A DNA stretch of 60,993 nucleotides, filler included, from Basidiobolus ranarum (Eukaryota): NCBI GenBank assembly GCA_040143965.1. It is 10 parts of 10 records of this genome, joined end to end, with 100 filler letters (N's around TTAATTAATTAA, not from the genome) between each part and the next. Parts side by side here need not be neighbours in the genome. Positions count along the whole stretch, not along the records: positions 48,898 to 54,896 come from JASJQH010008317.1; positions 54,997 to 60,993 come from JASJQH010008318.1; 8 more parts are not named here. One strand, given 5' to 3'. The notes under the pieces were generated by a model. It worked only from the letters and a program-made list of their open reading frames with translations, did no database searches and was not told the DNA's origin. The position numbers and the translations under genes were made by a program. Positions 49,721 to 60,993 of the stretch are shown in pieces. Position 1 is the stretch's first letter; each line of letters opens with the position of its first letter.

Positions 49721-50290
49721 ACTCATTACATCAGCGGTAAAAACTTAAAAATATCGTGCTAGACACTGAAATGGATGAACTAGTAAGTTCAAATAAAAAT
49801 AATGAATGAGTAGTTCAGATGTGGAGACCGGATCATTTCATTGTTTAGATGTTTCGGAATTCATAATTGACGAAAGTCAGGCTCTGGGAGATTTGTTCTA
49901 TTAATTCGTGTATCTAGATGCAGGAATACATTCCGTTAGAGCACTTCGAAAGCGTGGCCAGCGGTCCATCAGATGTACAGTGCTTGAGCAATAAAATGGA
50001 TCCTCATGTTCACTTTTCTCTTTTATTATCTCTAAATTTCTTCTACAGAATCTCTACACTTCTTTAGCCATTTCTCTCCTTAGATTTCTTTTAGTTAGGT
50101 GTACTTACTGTTGGAACTTTTCTAAACAGTCTTCGTTGTGTACCGTAAATATCTCCCCAGATACCCCAGGCTCATAGTGCTACTTTTTGTTATCACTGAC
50201 AGAGATAGTGAGAAAGCCATCTAGTTGGTTTTTCTTTCAACCAATCTTTCTAGAGTTGCATCACGCGGTAAATCCTTCTTATATATCAGG

Positions 50291-51130
50291 ATGAATGTAC
50301 AGGTAGTACGCTCTTATCGAGAAGACCTTACACGATTTGGATACTCTTTTCTTTACATGTCGGTGGTAATATACCATATGCTCTTGATACAACAGCTATC
50401 TGACCAACGCTGGGTTGCATCCACGACGAAAGAGCCCTTGGCTGACCTGGGATTCTCTACAATGCCGTCTTTGCAACACGAATGGATACCAGATGTATTC
50501 GTGGTCTCCTTAGCTACATTCACCCTTGTATCTTTACTGCTTTCCGCTGAAGCGTGGATCGACGCCATCGTAATTTTCCGACGCTTTTGCTGGCTAACTG
50601 GCACCTTGTACCTTCTTCGCTCTGTAACTATCATAGTGACCACACTTCCTTGTCCAAGAGGATGTGAGCCTATTGTTAGTCAAAATTTCAAAGAGTTCTT
50701 GTGGAACGGCTGTTTATTGATGTTTGGTGTGCAGAAAACCTGCTCAGACAACATCTTCTCTGGACATACCATGATCTTGGTTTCGTCCATGCTAATGTGG
50801 CAAGTATACGGGAAAAACGCCTGGTTGAAACTCTACTCGATCATCCATTGCTTAGTGGGAATAATTACAATTGTAGCCACTAGAATGCACTACACGGTGG
50901 ACATTGTAATTGCGATTCTACTGACGTTTAGCGTATATTCGATGTACTTGTCACTTGTAAGCGAAGCCACACGAAATCGATTGTATTCTCTATCGGGATT
51001 AGATTCCTTGAAACATTTAGATGACTCGGAGTACCAAAGTCTACTGCTCACAGATAATTCCATCAATAGAAGACTAGTGAGTTTAATTATTTGGCTGGAT
51101 GGCTTGGACCTTCGCTGGAATTGTACCTGA
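50291..51130 (+). CDS. Sphingomyelin synthase-family (PAP2_C) phosphotransferase
   Basis: PLADLGF, YLLRSVTIIVTTLP, CSDNIFSGHT, HYTVDI; about six TM segments. Confidence 0.9.
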   Translation: MNVQVVRSYREDLTRFGYSFLYMSVVIYHMLLIQQLSDQRWVASTTKEPLADLGFSTMPSLQHEWIPDVFVVSLATFTLVSLLLSAEAWIDAIVIFRRFCWLTGTLYLLRSVTIIVTTLPCPRGCEPIVSQNFKEFLWNGCLLMFGVQKTCSDNIFSGHTMILVSSMLMWQVYGKNAWLKLYSIIHCLVGIITIVATRMHYTVDIVIAILLTFSVYSMYLSLVSEATRNRLYSLSGLDSLKHLDDSEYQSLLLTDNSINRRLVSLIIWLDGLDLRWNCT

Positions 51131-51356
51131 AAAAAATCCCCTTTATTACCTACTTATTCTTATTCATTGGTATGGTATGGCATGGCATAGCACGGCACGA
51201 CACTTTCTTTTTTGTAATAATGAACCATCCCGTCTACACACTCATCCTTTATAAACACCTCACTCAAAGCTTCCTTGGTATTTACTTGACTCACTTCTCC
51301 GTTTCGTAGAGAGCAAAATATGAATGCCAACATTTTTCATTGAATCATTTTACAGT

Positions 51357-51387
<31 letters not shown>

Positions 51388-51388
51388 T
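51357..51388. repeat. (CATA)n-(TA)n microsatellite
   Basis: Seen directly. Confidence 0.9.
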
Positions 51389-51948
51389 GGGGGGAGAAGT
51401 CCACCTATTTTGAATTGGAACTCGAACTAGTATATACTAATAATTCAATAAACTTATTCAAATTTACACCAGGTCAATCACCATGTTGGTGAAGTTATGC
51501 TTTCCCTCCATGGAGAAAAGGATTCGTTCCATCGGTATGTGTTATATAGCTTCTTGGCAACTCCCCCTTTAATGTTTCTCAATAATTATTTATTATGAAG
51601 ATTTACATATATATTCAGCTATGTTACAGCATTTCTTCCATGAAAATTTCTGCATTCAGGTGAACTTTGGTGGCGAATATCAAGTGATTCAAAGGGAAGT
51701 CGCACTTTGAGTTAGTTTAATTTATGCAAAAGTAGTCGAAGGGTGAGGAGGAACGGGGGAAATACTACTTTTCAAACGTATAAAGAAGGGAAAAGTGGAT
51801 AAAATAACTTGACAAGAATTAGAGAGTTCAAATGCAAAGGTGCTCGGGTTTTCTACAAAATAAATTCACTTGCACTTCGTTCCAATGCTGGTGAAAAATC
51901 CCTCGTTTCGAACCGATTAATATGATGGGAAAGCTGGATGGAAATATC

Positions 51949-54896
51949 TTATATCGTCTGTCTTTGTAGGTCAATTAATTCGTTGATAAGATGCCCCATT
52001 CGTTTGTAATCTTCAAGTAAATCTACATGGAGTTGTGGGTGTACAGATATAATGGTTATTTAGATGACAAAATTCTATTAATGAGCGGAGTTCTCTTTCC
52101 GTCTAAATGGAAAATACATACCTCGAATCTCACTAATTCGTAACTCTTCTGCTGAGCATTCCATGAACTTCTTGATTGGTGGCTCTACCAAGTTCGATAC
52201 AGAAGACACCTAGTAAATTCGATGGCATAAAAGTTAATGTCTGAGTATGGAATTGTTCAAAGAAGCGTTAATTCCTAAAAGGTATTCGAGAATCATACCT
52301 TAGAATTACTAGAGTTACTGCCAGCTCGCTCGAGATTAACAGGCTCTAACCTAATCATGAAAAGCCAAAAGTGTTTAGTACGAAACTTGGAATATGAATA
52401 GTTGGAAAAATATCATATAACCTTGAGGCCATTTCCGCGGCAATGGATTCATCCAATGGTTGACTAGATGTGACTGAGAATGTAGGCTTTTGTGCCGACT
52501 CTTTGTACAAAAATCTACCCATTCTTTAGAAATATCGTCGGAAAAGATGAGAGCTTTGTACTTTGAAAAATACTCGGGAGAATTTACTTACAGATTTACC
52601 ATCCCAGATAACGCTCTGGCACTGCCCTCCACTACTGCACCTGTCACGGCAGTAGTAGCCACCCCAGTAATCGCCCGAACACCATCACCAACCACTACAC
52701 CAGTATTAGAAGCCACATCTGAAAGTGCCTTCATACCATGTTCGACTCCATCTTTAATACCTGTGATTGAATTCCTACGTTCTTCGAAGTTCTCGAAATT
52801 CTCGAAATCTTCGGATTTCTCGGATTTCTCCACCATCAATGGTCCGAAGTTGCGCGGTAATGAAAGAACTCGATAATTATCGCTGAAGTAGGATGTATCA
52901 AAAAGTCGATTTAGAGTTGGTTTAGGAAAGAGAAGACACTATATTATTAAACGCATATGGAAATGAAGAAGCTACTCACCTAGACTCTTCTTCGGAACCT
53001 AATCCTAATGTGACCATATCAACATTTTCTAGGAAGGAGATAACGGCCATCTAATACGAGGGACGAGATGATTATTAGATAATAGGCTCGTATTACACCT
53101 ATGTCACATCTATTATCACTAACCATATTAGTCAAACAGTAAGAGTACTCTTGGGTAGCTTTCAGTGGATTGCGATAGCGCTGTATAAATCTGAAAAATT
53201 GTTAGTGCCTCAAATCACCTTCCGCTGACGAAAACCTATAGCTTTGAAATACCTAAGGTTGGACACATAATTAGGTGGATTTGACTTGACCACAGTAAAA
53301 ATTAACAATGGAAGAATGGTATCTGCACTTGAGGGAGTGGGGGACTCTCCTTCCAATGCTCTAGCTTTATTGTATCTATCTAAAGAGGTCGACTAGATTG
53401 CGTGGGGTTAGTTAACAGGACACTCGGCGAGATGAGGCAGAAGGACTAATACTTACAATGATGTGGTGACAATTTACCAGGATTTGAATCTTGTCAGCGG
53501 GGGCTTTGAGGTGATCGATTTTTTGTAACTCTAAGTAAAACAAAATCCATTCAATGTTAGTACAAGAACCGAGAATTGTACCATTAAACGCTCCTTCCAT
53601 TTACCAATTCCTGTCTCTTCTACCATCATCATTAAATGTACATATTCTTCGCCCTGAGCACACACTCCCAGATGGTCAAGCTTTAGATCAGCAATGTTGA
53701 GTGCGGCAATACGCGAAGATAGCATTTGATCTTTGAGTTGATCATCAGCAGATGCTGGAGAGAATATACTGTGGAAGAAACAATAAACTGGGTTATGCTC
53801 TGTTGATAAAGCAGATGTGTAGGAAAATGGGTTGCTTACATATGATACAACTCCAATGCTAACAAGCGTTCTACCCATTCGAGTAGCAGATCAGACTCCT
53901 CCTCAGAGAGGTTTTCGTCGTCGATGGTGCCACTAGCACGCTCAATAAACTGTCTGAAAGATTCCACCATCTCTTGTACTGACATGTTACTTTTCAGCTG
54001 CATCTTCTGAATGAACCTAATATGATCAATGATCTCCCAATTAGGGGACATGTACATTATTTCCTGTGAAAGAACGGCAACCTTACCGATTTATATCTTT
54101 GGTGAGGAGATCCCAAACCATTGGTTTGTCCTCTTCAATAGTTGGTGCTTGTAGATCTAAAGGAGTATGCTGAAACTCTGTAGATATCGGATTTTCAATA
54201 ACTGACACTACAACAAATGTATCTCTCCAAGGTACGTATAGGTTTGCATAGCGTACTTGAATGTTGATACGCTTATTCATTCTCTTGGGTTTACTGAAGA
54301 TTCCGAAGATTGATCTAACGAAATGGGATCAATTAGTTCTAACATTCATATTCGTATATGAATATATATTGAACACGGAAATTTACCGTCGGGTATCACT
54401 ACTATCCGAAGAGAGCTCTTCTTCAAGATCCGGAACGTTCAAGTCTAATAGAAAATTCTTTTCTTTTTGAACGCACCCCTTTAGCCCGCTTAGAGTAGTG
54501 ATTGGACTATCGCGTTGCCATTTTTGCACCACTATTACGTGATTTTCAATTATTCCTCGAGTTATGTCACTTACACCGATCCAATTTTCCAAAGGCAAGT
54601 CGGGAAGTAGAATTACAGCCTAGTGAGAATTAAAGTGAGTTCAAATAAAAGTAAAGAGTTAGAACAATGATAAAGGTTAAAGAATGAAGGAGAAAAGGTA
54701 GATTTCAACCTTATCAGAGGGTTGAAAGTGCCTTGACTAACCTTTTTATTAACCAAACGCTCGATGATGTCTTCATATTCAGCGACGTTATTTTCAAAAG
54801 TCTCAAGTATAGCTTGGCATACTGAATGTGAACTTAATAGACCAGTTAGTGGTGTCTCAAGGAAAACTTTAGAGATGGGCAAGTTATTCGTTGTGA
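51949..54896 (-). CDS. VPS9-domain Rab5 GEF, multi-exon, 5'-partial
   Basis: LSSRIAALN..LDHLGV, ELQKIDHLKAPADKIQILVNCH, SADTILPLLIFTVVKSNPPNYVSNL, FIQRYRNP, YCLTN. Confidence 0.88.
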
Positions 54897-55192
54897 NNNN
54901 NNNNNNNNNNNNNNNNNNNNNNNNNNNNNNNNNNNNNNNNTTAATTAATTAANNNNNNNNNNNNNNNNNNNNNNNNNNNNNNNNNNNNNNNNNNNNCCAC
55001 ACTTCAATTGCAGCTGATCAACTCCCCAAAGCCAAGCATCTTTACTCCTTTATGAGAAAGTCCTACCTGATATCAGTTATACCAGTTTCAAATGACAGAG
55101 TTGTAGAAGAAAAAAAAAATTGAAATTTCCATGAATAAATAGAAGAAAGCAGGAAGTTAGCAAACCCTCTTTCTTTTAGAAACTCAATCACC

Positions 55193-55558
55193 ATGTCTTA
55201 CGTTGCTAAAGGTAAACCTGGATTCGAAGAACAAGTTGAAGCCAAGATCCACAAGATCCGCATCACCTTGACTTCCCGTAACGTCAAGAACCTTGAGAAG
55301 GTTTGCGCTGACTTGGTCTCCCGTGCCAAGGACAAGTCCCTCCGTGTCAAGGGTCCCGTCCGTCTCCCCACCAAGGTCCTCCGTATCACCACCCGTAAGA
55401 CCCCTAACGGTGAGGGTTCCAAGACCTGGGATCGTTTCGAGATGAGAATCCACAAGCGTTTGATCGATCTCCACTCTCCTTCCGAGATCGTCAAGCAAAT
55501 TACTTCCATCTCTATCGAACCCGGAGTAGAGGTTGAGGTCACCATTGCTGATGCTTAA
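55193..55558 (+). CDS. RPS20: 40S ribosomal protein S20 (uS10)
   Basis: [50 protein letters not shown]. Confidence 0.98.
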   Translation: MSYVAKGKPGFEEQVEAKIHKIRITLTSRNVKNLEKVCADLVSRAKDKSLRVKGPVRLPTKVLRITTRKTPNGEGSKTWDRFEMRIHKRLIDLHSPSEIVKQITSISIEPGVEVEVTIADA

Positions 55559-56140
55559 ATGTATTCACCTTGAGAACTTTTAACGAGGACTTTATTGATA
55601 ATAAAATTTCTTGTCTCCTATATTTACGTTACTGATTTATTGAATGGATGGGTTTTGTGGTGGTAAAGATGAATCTAACGATTCGCGAATTTTATGTTAC
55701 TTGGGTTAGATTGTAACTGGAGACATGTGTTAAGAGTGATGTATGTTTCTCATAGATTATGGATTCAGATTCCTGGGTAAAAGCGAAGAAATATTAGATT
55801 CATTCGGTTAATTTGGTTGGAATTGCCGGGGATAAGAAACGTGGGTAAAATTCACAGAATTGTGAGTCTAAGCAGGTGTACACATATAAAAAATCACCTA
55901 ATCATAGGCATGTCTCGGATAATTTTTATTGAACAAATTCACGTCAATCTGCCTATTACTTCCCCAAATCATTTTGGTATAACCTAACGTAGTAACAGTT
56001 TTCAGTAACTAATAGAACTTGAAGACTATATTTGTTTAATTAACCAAGTCACTTTTAAAGATCTTGACAGTTTCATAAACCCATTTACACGTGCATATAT
56101 ATATACACCCTACCGGTTCTTTATTCTACTTTTCGAAACC

Positions 56141-58550
56141 ATGCTTTCTTTCACTCGATATATCTCCAAGTCTGGTCTTAGGAGTTCTACTTCTTCGTTC
56201 AAACCAGGGAACATTAGAAACTGGTGTGGTAACTCCAACTCTTTTATAGCTCCTTTTGTGGTTAGAACCGCATCCAGAACCGCCAGCATAAGGTTTTTTA
56301 ACAGTGGACCAGAGAATGCTTTAAATCCAACTGATACCATAGAAAGTGTAAATCCAAGTGTGAGCCGTTCAAGTGTATCAGGTACTCTATGCAATTCTCT
56401 TCTACCATGAAATGGTCAAAACAACAACCACTACTACTACCCTCTAAGGTGTTTCTATTGGAAGGGATAAATTCCATAAGTTATAAATTACATTATCTAA
56501 ACTAGTTTTCTTGTAGAAAACGATAGTCCAATAGCTGCTTACAATAAATTAGTAGCTTCTGGTGTGGTCAATGACGACAGTTTTCAACGCTCAATAGTTC
56601 AACTGTTGGAAGATTTACACGAACAGTTGAGAACCTATCATCCTGAACAAGCTCCAGTCGTCCAGTCCTCCTATTTTTCCAAAGTAAGTGGATATAGATA
56701 AGAAGATATTAGAATGAATTAATTCACATTCATATATTTAGTGGTTTGATAATAAGTCATCATCGCAGAGTGCCGCTCCCAAAGGATTATACTTGTAAGT
56801 TTGGATGATTCTATTGAGATAATCTACGCTTATCCATTTACCTCATCTATTTACCATTATTTCCTAATATCTATTAGATATGGTGATGTTGGTAAGTTTC
56901 AAATGGGTTTTCCATTTCTTCAAAGTGTACCGACTAAGTGTTAATTGTAGGCACCGGTAAAACCATGTTAATGAACTTGTTCTATGATACATTGAAGATT
57001 CAAAGAAAAAGAAGAATTCATTTTCACGCGTTCATGTTGGACGTTCACTCTCGTAAGCACACTTCCCATCATCTGAGACTAATAGCTCGGCAATTTTGCT
57101 TACTCAGTTGTTATGTAGGGATTCAACAGTTGAAGGATCGTGAGGGGGCCATAGAAGACCCAATTCCTCCTGTAGCTCGTGATCTGGCTCGGGAAGCCTA
57201 TGTCCTCTGTTTTGATGAATTCCAGGTAGATCACATGTACCTGATTTCTCATACTTCTTTCAATCACTCACTGTGCACACACCAGGTGACTGACATTGCC
57301 GATGCGATGATTCTTAGAAGGCTCATGGCAGGACTAATGGAACAAGGGGTTGTTGTTGTCACTACGTCCAACCGACATCCTGATGGTATGCTTCTTAGTT
57401 CCATTATTGTGTGATCAGTAGTAGCCATCGACCATTCTAATCAATTCTCTGTAGAGCTTTACAAGAATGGCATTCAAAGAAAAAGCTTCATCCCTTGTAT
57501 CGAGCTACTAAAAGAGAAATGTAAAGTGGTTACGCTAAATTCTGGAACTGACTACCGAAGATTAGGTTGGTTTCATTTGGTCTAGTTAGCATACTGATGG
57601 TGAGATTAATCCATATTCTATCCCTCTTATCCATCATTAGCCAAAGAGTCAGATCGTGTCTTTTTCAGGTAAGATTTAACGCATTCATCGGAGTAATTCC
57701 ATCGATTAATTAGAGGCATTCTTTAGTCCCCTCAACCAAGAGAACAAGGAGAACATTGGAAACCTTTTCAACAATCTCACTCAAAATCAACCAGGTAATT
57801 ATGTGTCATAGATCTAGAGATATAACAATTCTTTGATATCTTTCATCAATATTCCACTTAGTAAAACCCAAGATCCTTGAATTTCTTGGACGTAGTTTGA
57901 TTATCCCTGAATCAGTGGATGGCGTGGCAAAGATCACGTTCCAACAGCTCTGTGGAGAGGTAAATTTAGGTTCACGTGAATCTCATGTATCTCCTATGCT
58001 GACCATTATTCGTACAGGCTCATGGTGCGGCTGATTACCTTGAGTTGGCCAAGAACTTCCACACATTGGTTCTTACGGATATACCCAAGATGAATCTAAG
58101 TCGTCGAAATGAAGCCAGACGCTTTATCACATTGTTGGATGCGTTATATGAGAATCAGGTAATAGTTCGCTAACTGATTAACGAAGGGATAGTTGATTTA
58201 CAAAACTCTATCACTAGGTTGTTCTCATTTGTAGTGCCGAGGATGATATACTCAATATATTCTCCCCTAAATCTGATCATGACGTTCATTCCAACGAAAA
58301 TAGAATGTTGATGGATGATTTAGGTTTATCTAGTCAACAGGTAATTCCCCTGAATCCTTAATAACTCTCCCTTACTATCACTAACCTCCCCTACTATCAC
58401 TGACCTCCCCTACTATCACTAACATGTTACCACTTGTAGTCCTCTAGTCCTATCTTTTCAGGAGAAGAAGAGATATTCGCTTTTCAACGTGCAGTGAGTC
58501 GACTTATAGAGATGCAAGGACACAACTGGTTACACAGAAATCGAGACTAA
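56141..58550 (+). CDS. AFG1: AFG1/LACE1-family mitochondrial ATPase, multi-exon
   Basis: PKGLYL|YGDV|GTGKTMLM, CFDEFQ|VTDIADAMIL, TSNRHP, AADYLELA, EARRFITLLDALYE, FQRAVSRLIEMQ. Confidence 0.93.
58367..58423 (+). repeat. 19-bp x3 tandem repeat in last AFG1 intron
   Basis: CTCCC(C/T)TACTATCACT(A/G)AC x3. Confidence 0.9.
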
Positions 58551-58605
58551 CATTTCTATGCTTCAATAAATAAATTGAATGGAGGATAACAGTAGTGAAT
58601 TTAAT

Positions 58606-59922
58606 TCAAGGCAAGTAAATATAAGCAGAAGCATAGCTTACAGAACTCTCACTTGGGTGTTGTACTCTACTTGATTGTGAATAATGAACGAATCGAATGA
58701 TAGGTGAATCAGATTGATGATTTCCTTGAATTATTTCTTCTTTATCTTTCTCTTTATCACCCATCCATGCCTCAATAGCTGATAATATAACCCCAATTGG
58801 ATGTCTTCCACAAATCGTATTCTTCGTAGCATTCAAATATTCTTGAAATTTCGTTGGATTCACTTCTTCTATCACTTTCATACCCTCTTTATCCAATCGT
58901 TCGATGGATTCGTAGATGGGTATGGTACGTGTAGTGACTTTAGAGATAGTGGAGGGAGATGTACTAGGTTTTTCCCCAGTAGAGTAAAAAGTATACGAGA
59001 ATCGAGTTCCCCTACAATGAATATGTGAATACAGATGAAGATGAGAGATAATCAATAATTGTTAGTCAATTAACTAAATTTACCAATGACAAAAGTCTGA
59101 AGAAATAACAAAGAAATTCTCTGGATCATCCAGATATTCACTGACTAATTTTCCATATGATTTTTCTTTAGTAGCAGATAGACCACCGACTAAGATCGGG
59201 ACAATAGTGATATCCTCAATTTTACTATAGAAAGTTAGTTCAAGTCAAGGTTTTCTAAAGTGAAATATTCTTACCTTTCAAATAATTTATAGATAAACGG
59301 TAACTGCATCTCTATACTATGTTCATCGGAATCCACTTCTAGACTCATCCAAGTGAAATTTCCACCTGACATCAGAGTAGAGTTGACTAGAGATAATTTG
59401 GTTAGTTTTCAATTCAATATATATATATTCATTGAGTATCTTTTTCTTGACTACCTTCTTTATCCACCGTCAAAGAACCCAAGGGTGTTTCATAAGTATG
59501 ACATTTTGAGAGTGCACAACCATTTAGATAAACATGGTGAGAAGGACCAAGAATGAACACTCTCTTACTAACAAAATCCCGAGATAAAGTTAAATAAGAG
59601 TTATGATATTCACTAAAAAATAAAAATAACTCTTACATAGTGTCAATATCCAAGCATTTATAAGCATAAGCAGCGGCTTGTCCACTATAAGTGTATCCAG
59701 CATGACTATGCAACCGAAAATTTTAAACGGGAGTCTATACAAAGGTAAGTTAAAAAAGGGATTCACTTACGGCGAGATAATTCCTCTAGCTCCTTTGACT
59801 GGTATATTTACACCAGAGTTCGTTTGTTCTGGTACTTTATCTAACCAATTTTCCAATTCTTTATTAAGTTTCTTACTTTCTCCAGTGTACCAAGAATTCG
59901 CGTGTGTAGCTTTACGAGACAT
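58606..59922 (-). CDS. MEMO1: MEMO1-family protein, multi-exon
   Basis: [60 protein letters not shown]. Confidence 0.93.
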
Positions 59923-60384
59923 ATTGGTGGTGAAAATAAGTATCCTTTAAACTTGAAGAAATTCTAGATAAATTCATAACCTAGATATTTCTGATGAATT
60001 CGTAATTCATTCCAAATCACGTGTCTGATGTGACTTAGATGTGACTGAGGATTTTTCAACCAGCTTGATATATACTCAACGAAATTGGATTATAGATTTA
60101 TATGGATTTTCAAATACATTGTGTGAAAGGATACTAGAGTCGAGGATTCAGTTGTGTTTACTCAACCATAAAGTGTTATAAAGGGATACGGGTAGTAAGT
60201 TTGCTTTTTGTGCCATTAAATTAGATTATATTTAACTTTCTCATACCTAATCAAGTATAATGGGTTTATTCTATTCTAATATACATGGAAGTCTATAATA
60301 TCTACTTAATCAAACAGAGAACATAACTTAATTACAAAGTTGATCTTCTAGTTATTGAAGTTAGCATTACCTAAACATGCATAC

Positions 60385-60993
60385 TGTTAAAGTATTTGGG
60401 AGCCTGTTGAAAGTGGTTTGGAGAATTAGAGGAATTGGTGGTTTTCACTTATTGATTTATTGAGTTGAAAGTTGACATTTATAGTTATTTCAAGATGTAA
60501 ACAAACCAACATGTAGAATGTGTTGAAGAATGTCCCAGGAGCATGTGTGCAGAGTTTGGGGCTTCTAGCACAAGTTTGAAAATCTATATACCTGAGAACT
60601 TCTAAGTTGGTAAATATATTTCAAGTAAATGCCAATACAGAATACTGGATAATATCTTAGTGCAATATAAGATAACCAAGTACTAAGCTATATATGACTT
60701 TATAGGTGCTTAGGCAATGCTAATTTCAACACTCCCTCAACTCAATAGTCATATAAACTAATCCTAATAAAGGTCTAAGTTTCTCAAATTTCTGTCTAGC
60801 TAATGGTTTGGTTAATATATCAGCAAACATGTCTTCTGCAGAGCAATAAGTTAAGTCACTAAACTTATTCTCTATGGTCTCTCTAATGAAGTGATGCTTA
60901 ATATCTATATGTTTGCTTCTATATTAGCTAATTTGATACAACCTTGATTATCTTGAAATATTGTAGTTGGTGAATTTTGCAAATAAGCTAAAT
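60385..60993 (-). mobile_element. Copia family A 3' end: RNase H, PPT, 3' LTR 60731-60385
   Basis: IFQDNQGCIKLA..KHIDIKHHFIRE..ADILTKPL; PPT TTGAGGGAG directly before TGTTG. Confidence 0.93.

Noticed and set aside
49828-49840. GGATCATTTC resembles U3 snoRNA box A
   Set aside because: No upstream GAC/A' box and no recognisable B, C or D boxes.
6025-54996. Regularly spaced N-TTAATTAATTAA-N units as a biological repeat, and any cross-contig gene cluster
   Set aside because: Assembly linker with stop codons in all frames. Contigs are size-sorted, so adjacency is meaningless, and ORFs ending X..LIN are artefacts.

Overview
This window is not one locus. It is ten unrelated ~6.0-kb contigs, sorted by decreasing length and joined by an artificial 100-nt linker (44 N + TTAATTAATTAA + 44 N), so gene neighbourhood is only meaningful within a contig. 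The DNA is eukaryotic, AT-rich and carries short GT-AG introns. Gene content fits an early-diverging fungus (Zoopagomycota/Basidiobolus-like, by inference). Housekeeping genes: RPS29, RPS5, RPL43, RPS20, a Ras GTPase, SMC6 (partial), AFG1, MEMO1, a VPS9 protein, a PPR protein, a class-3 lipase, a C2H2 factor, a sphingomyelin-synthase-family gene and CFAP20. Accessory genes: a DAACS transporter, an AAA-ATPase/PD-(D/E)XK nuclease, a CBM2-like membrane protein, and an AIF-like oxidoreductase divergent from a siderophore-type MFS transporter. Decayed, CpG-depleted mobile DNA includes two Copia LTR families, a piggyBac relic and a tRNA-like element. The strongest leads are (1) the oxidoreductase/siderophore-transporter pair sharing four ATCWGATAR iron-repressor-type sites, with the same motif upstream of an orphan gene, (2) two unexplained highly base-paired non-coding regions (5721-6021, ~49200-49700), and (3) the intron-containing bacterial-type ATPase-nuclease. 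All calls were made by eye, with no database searches.
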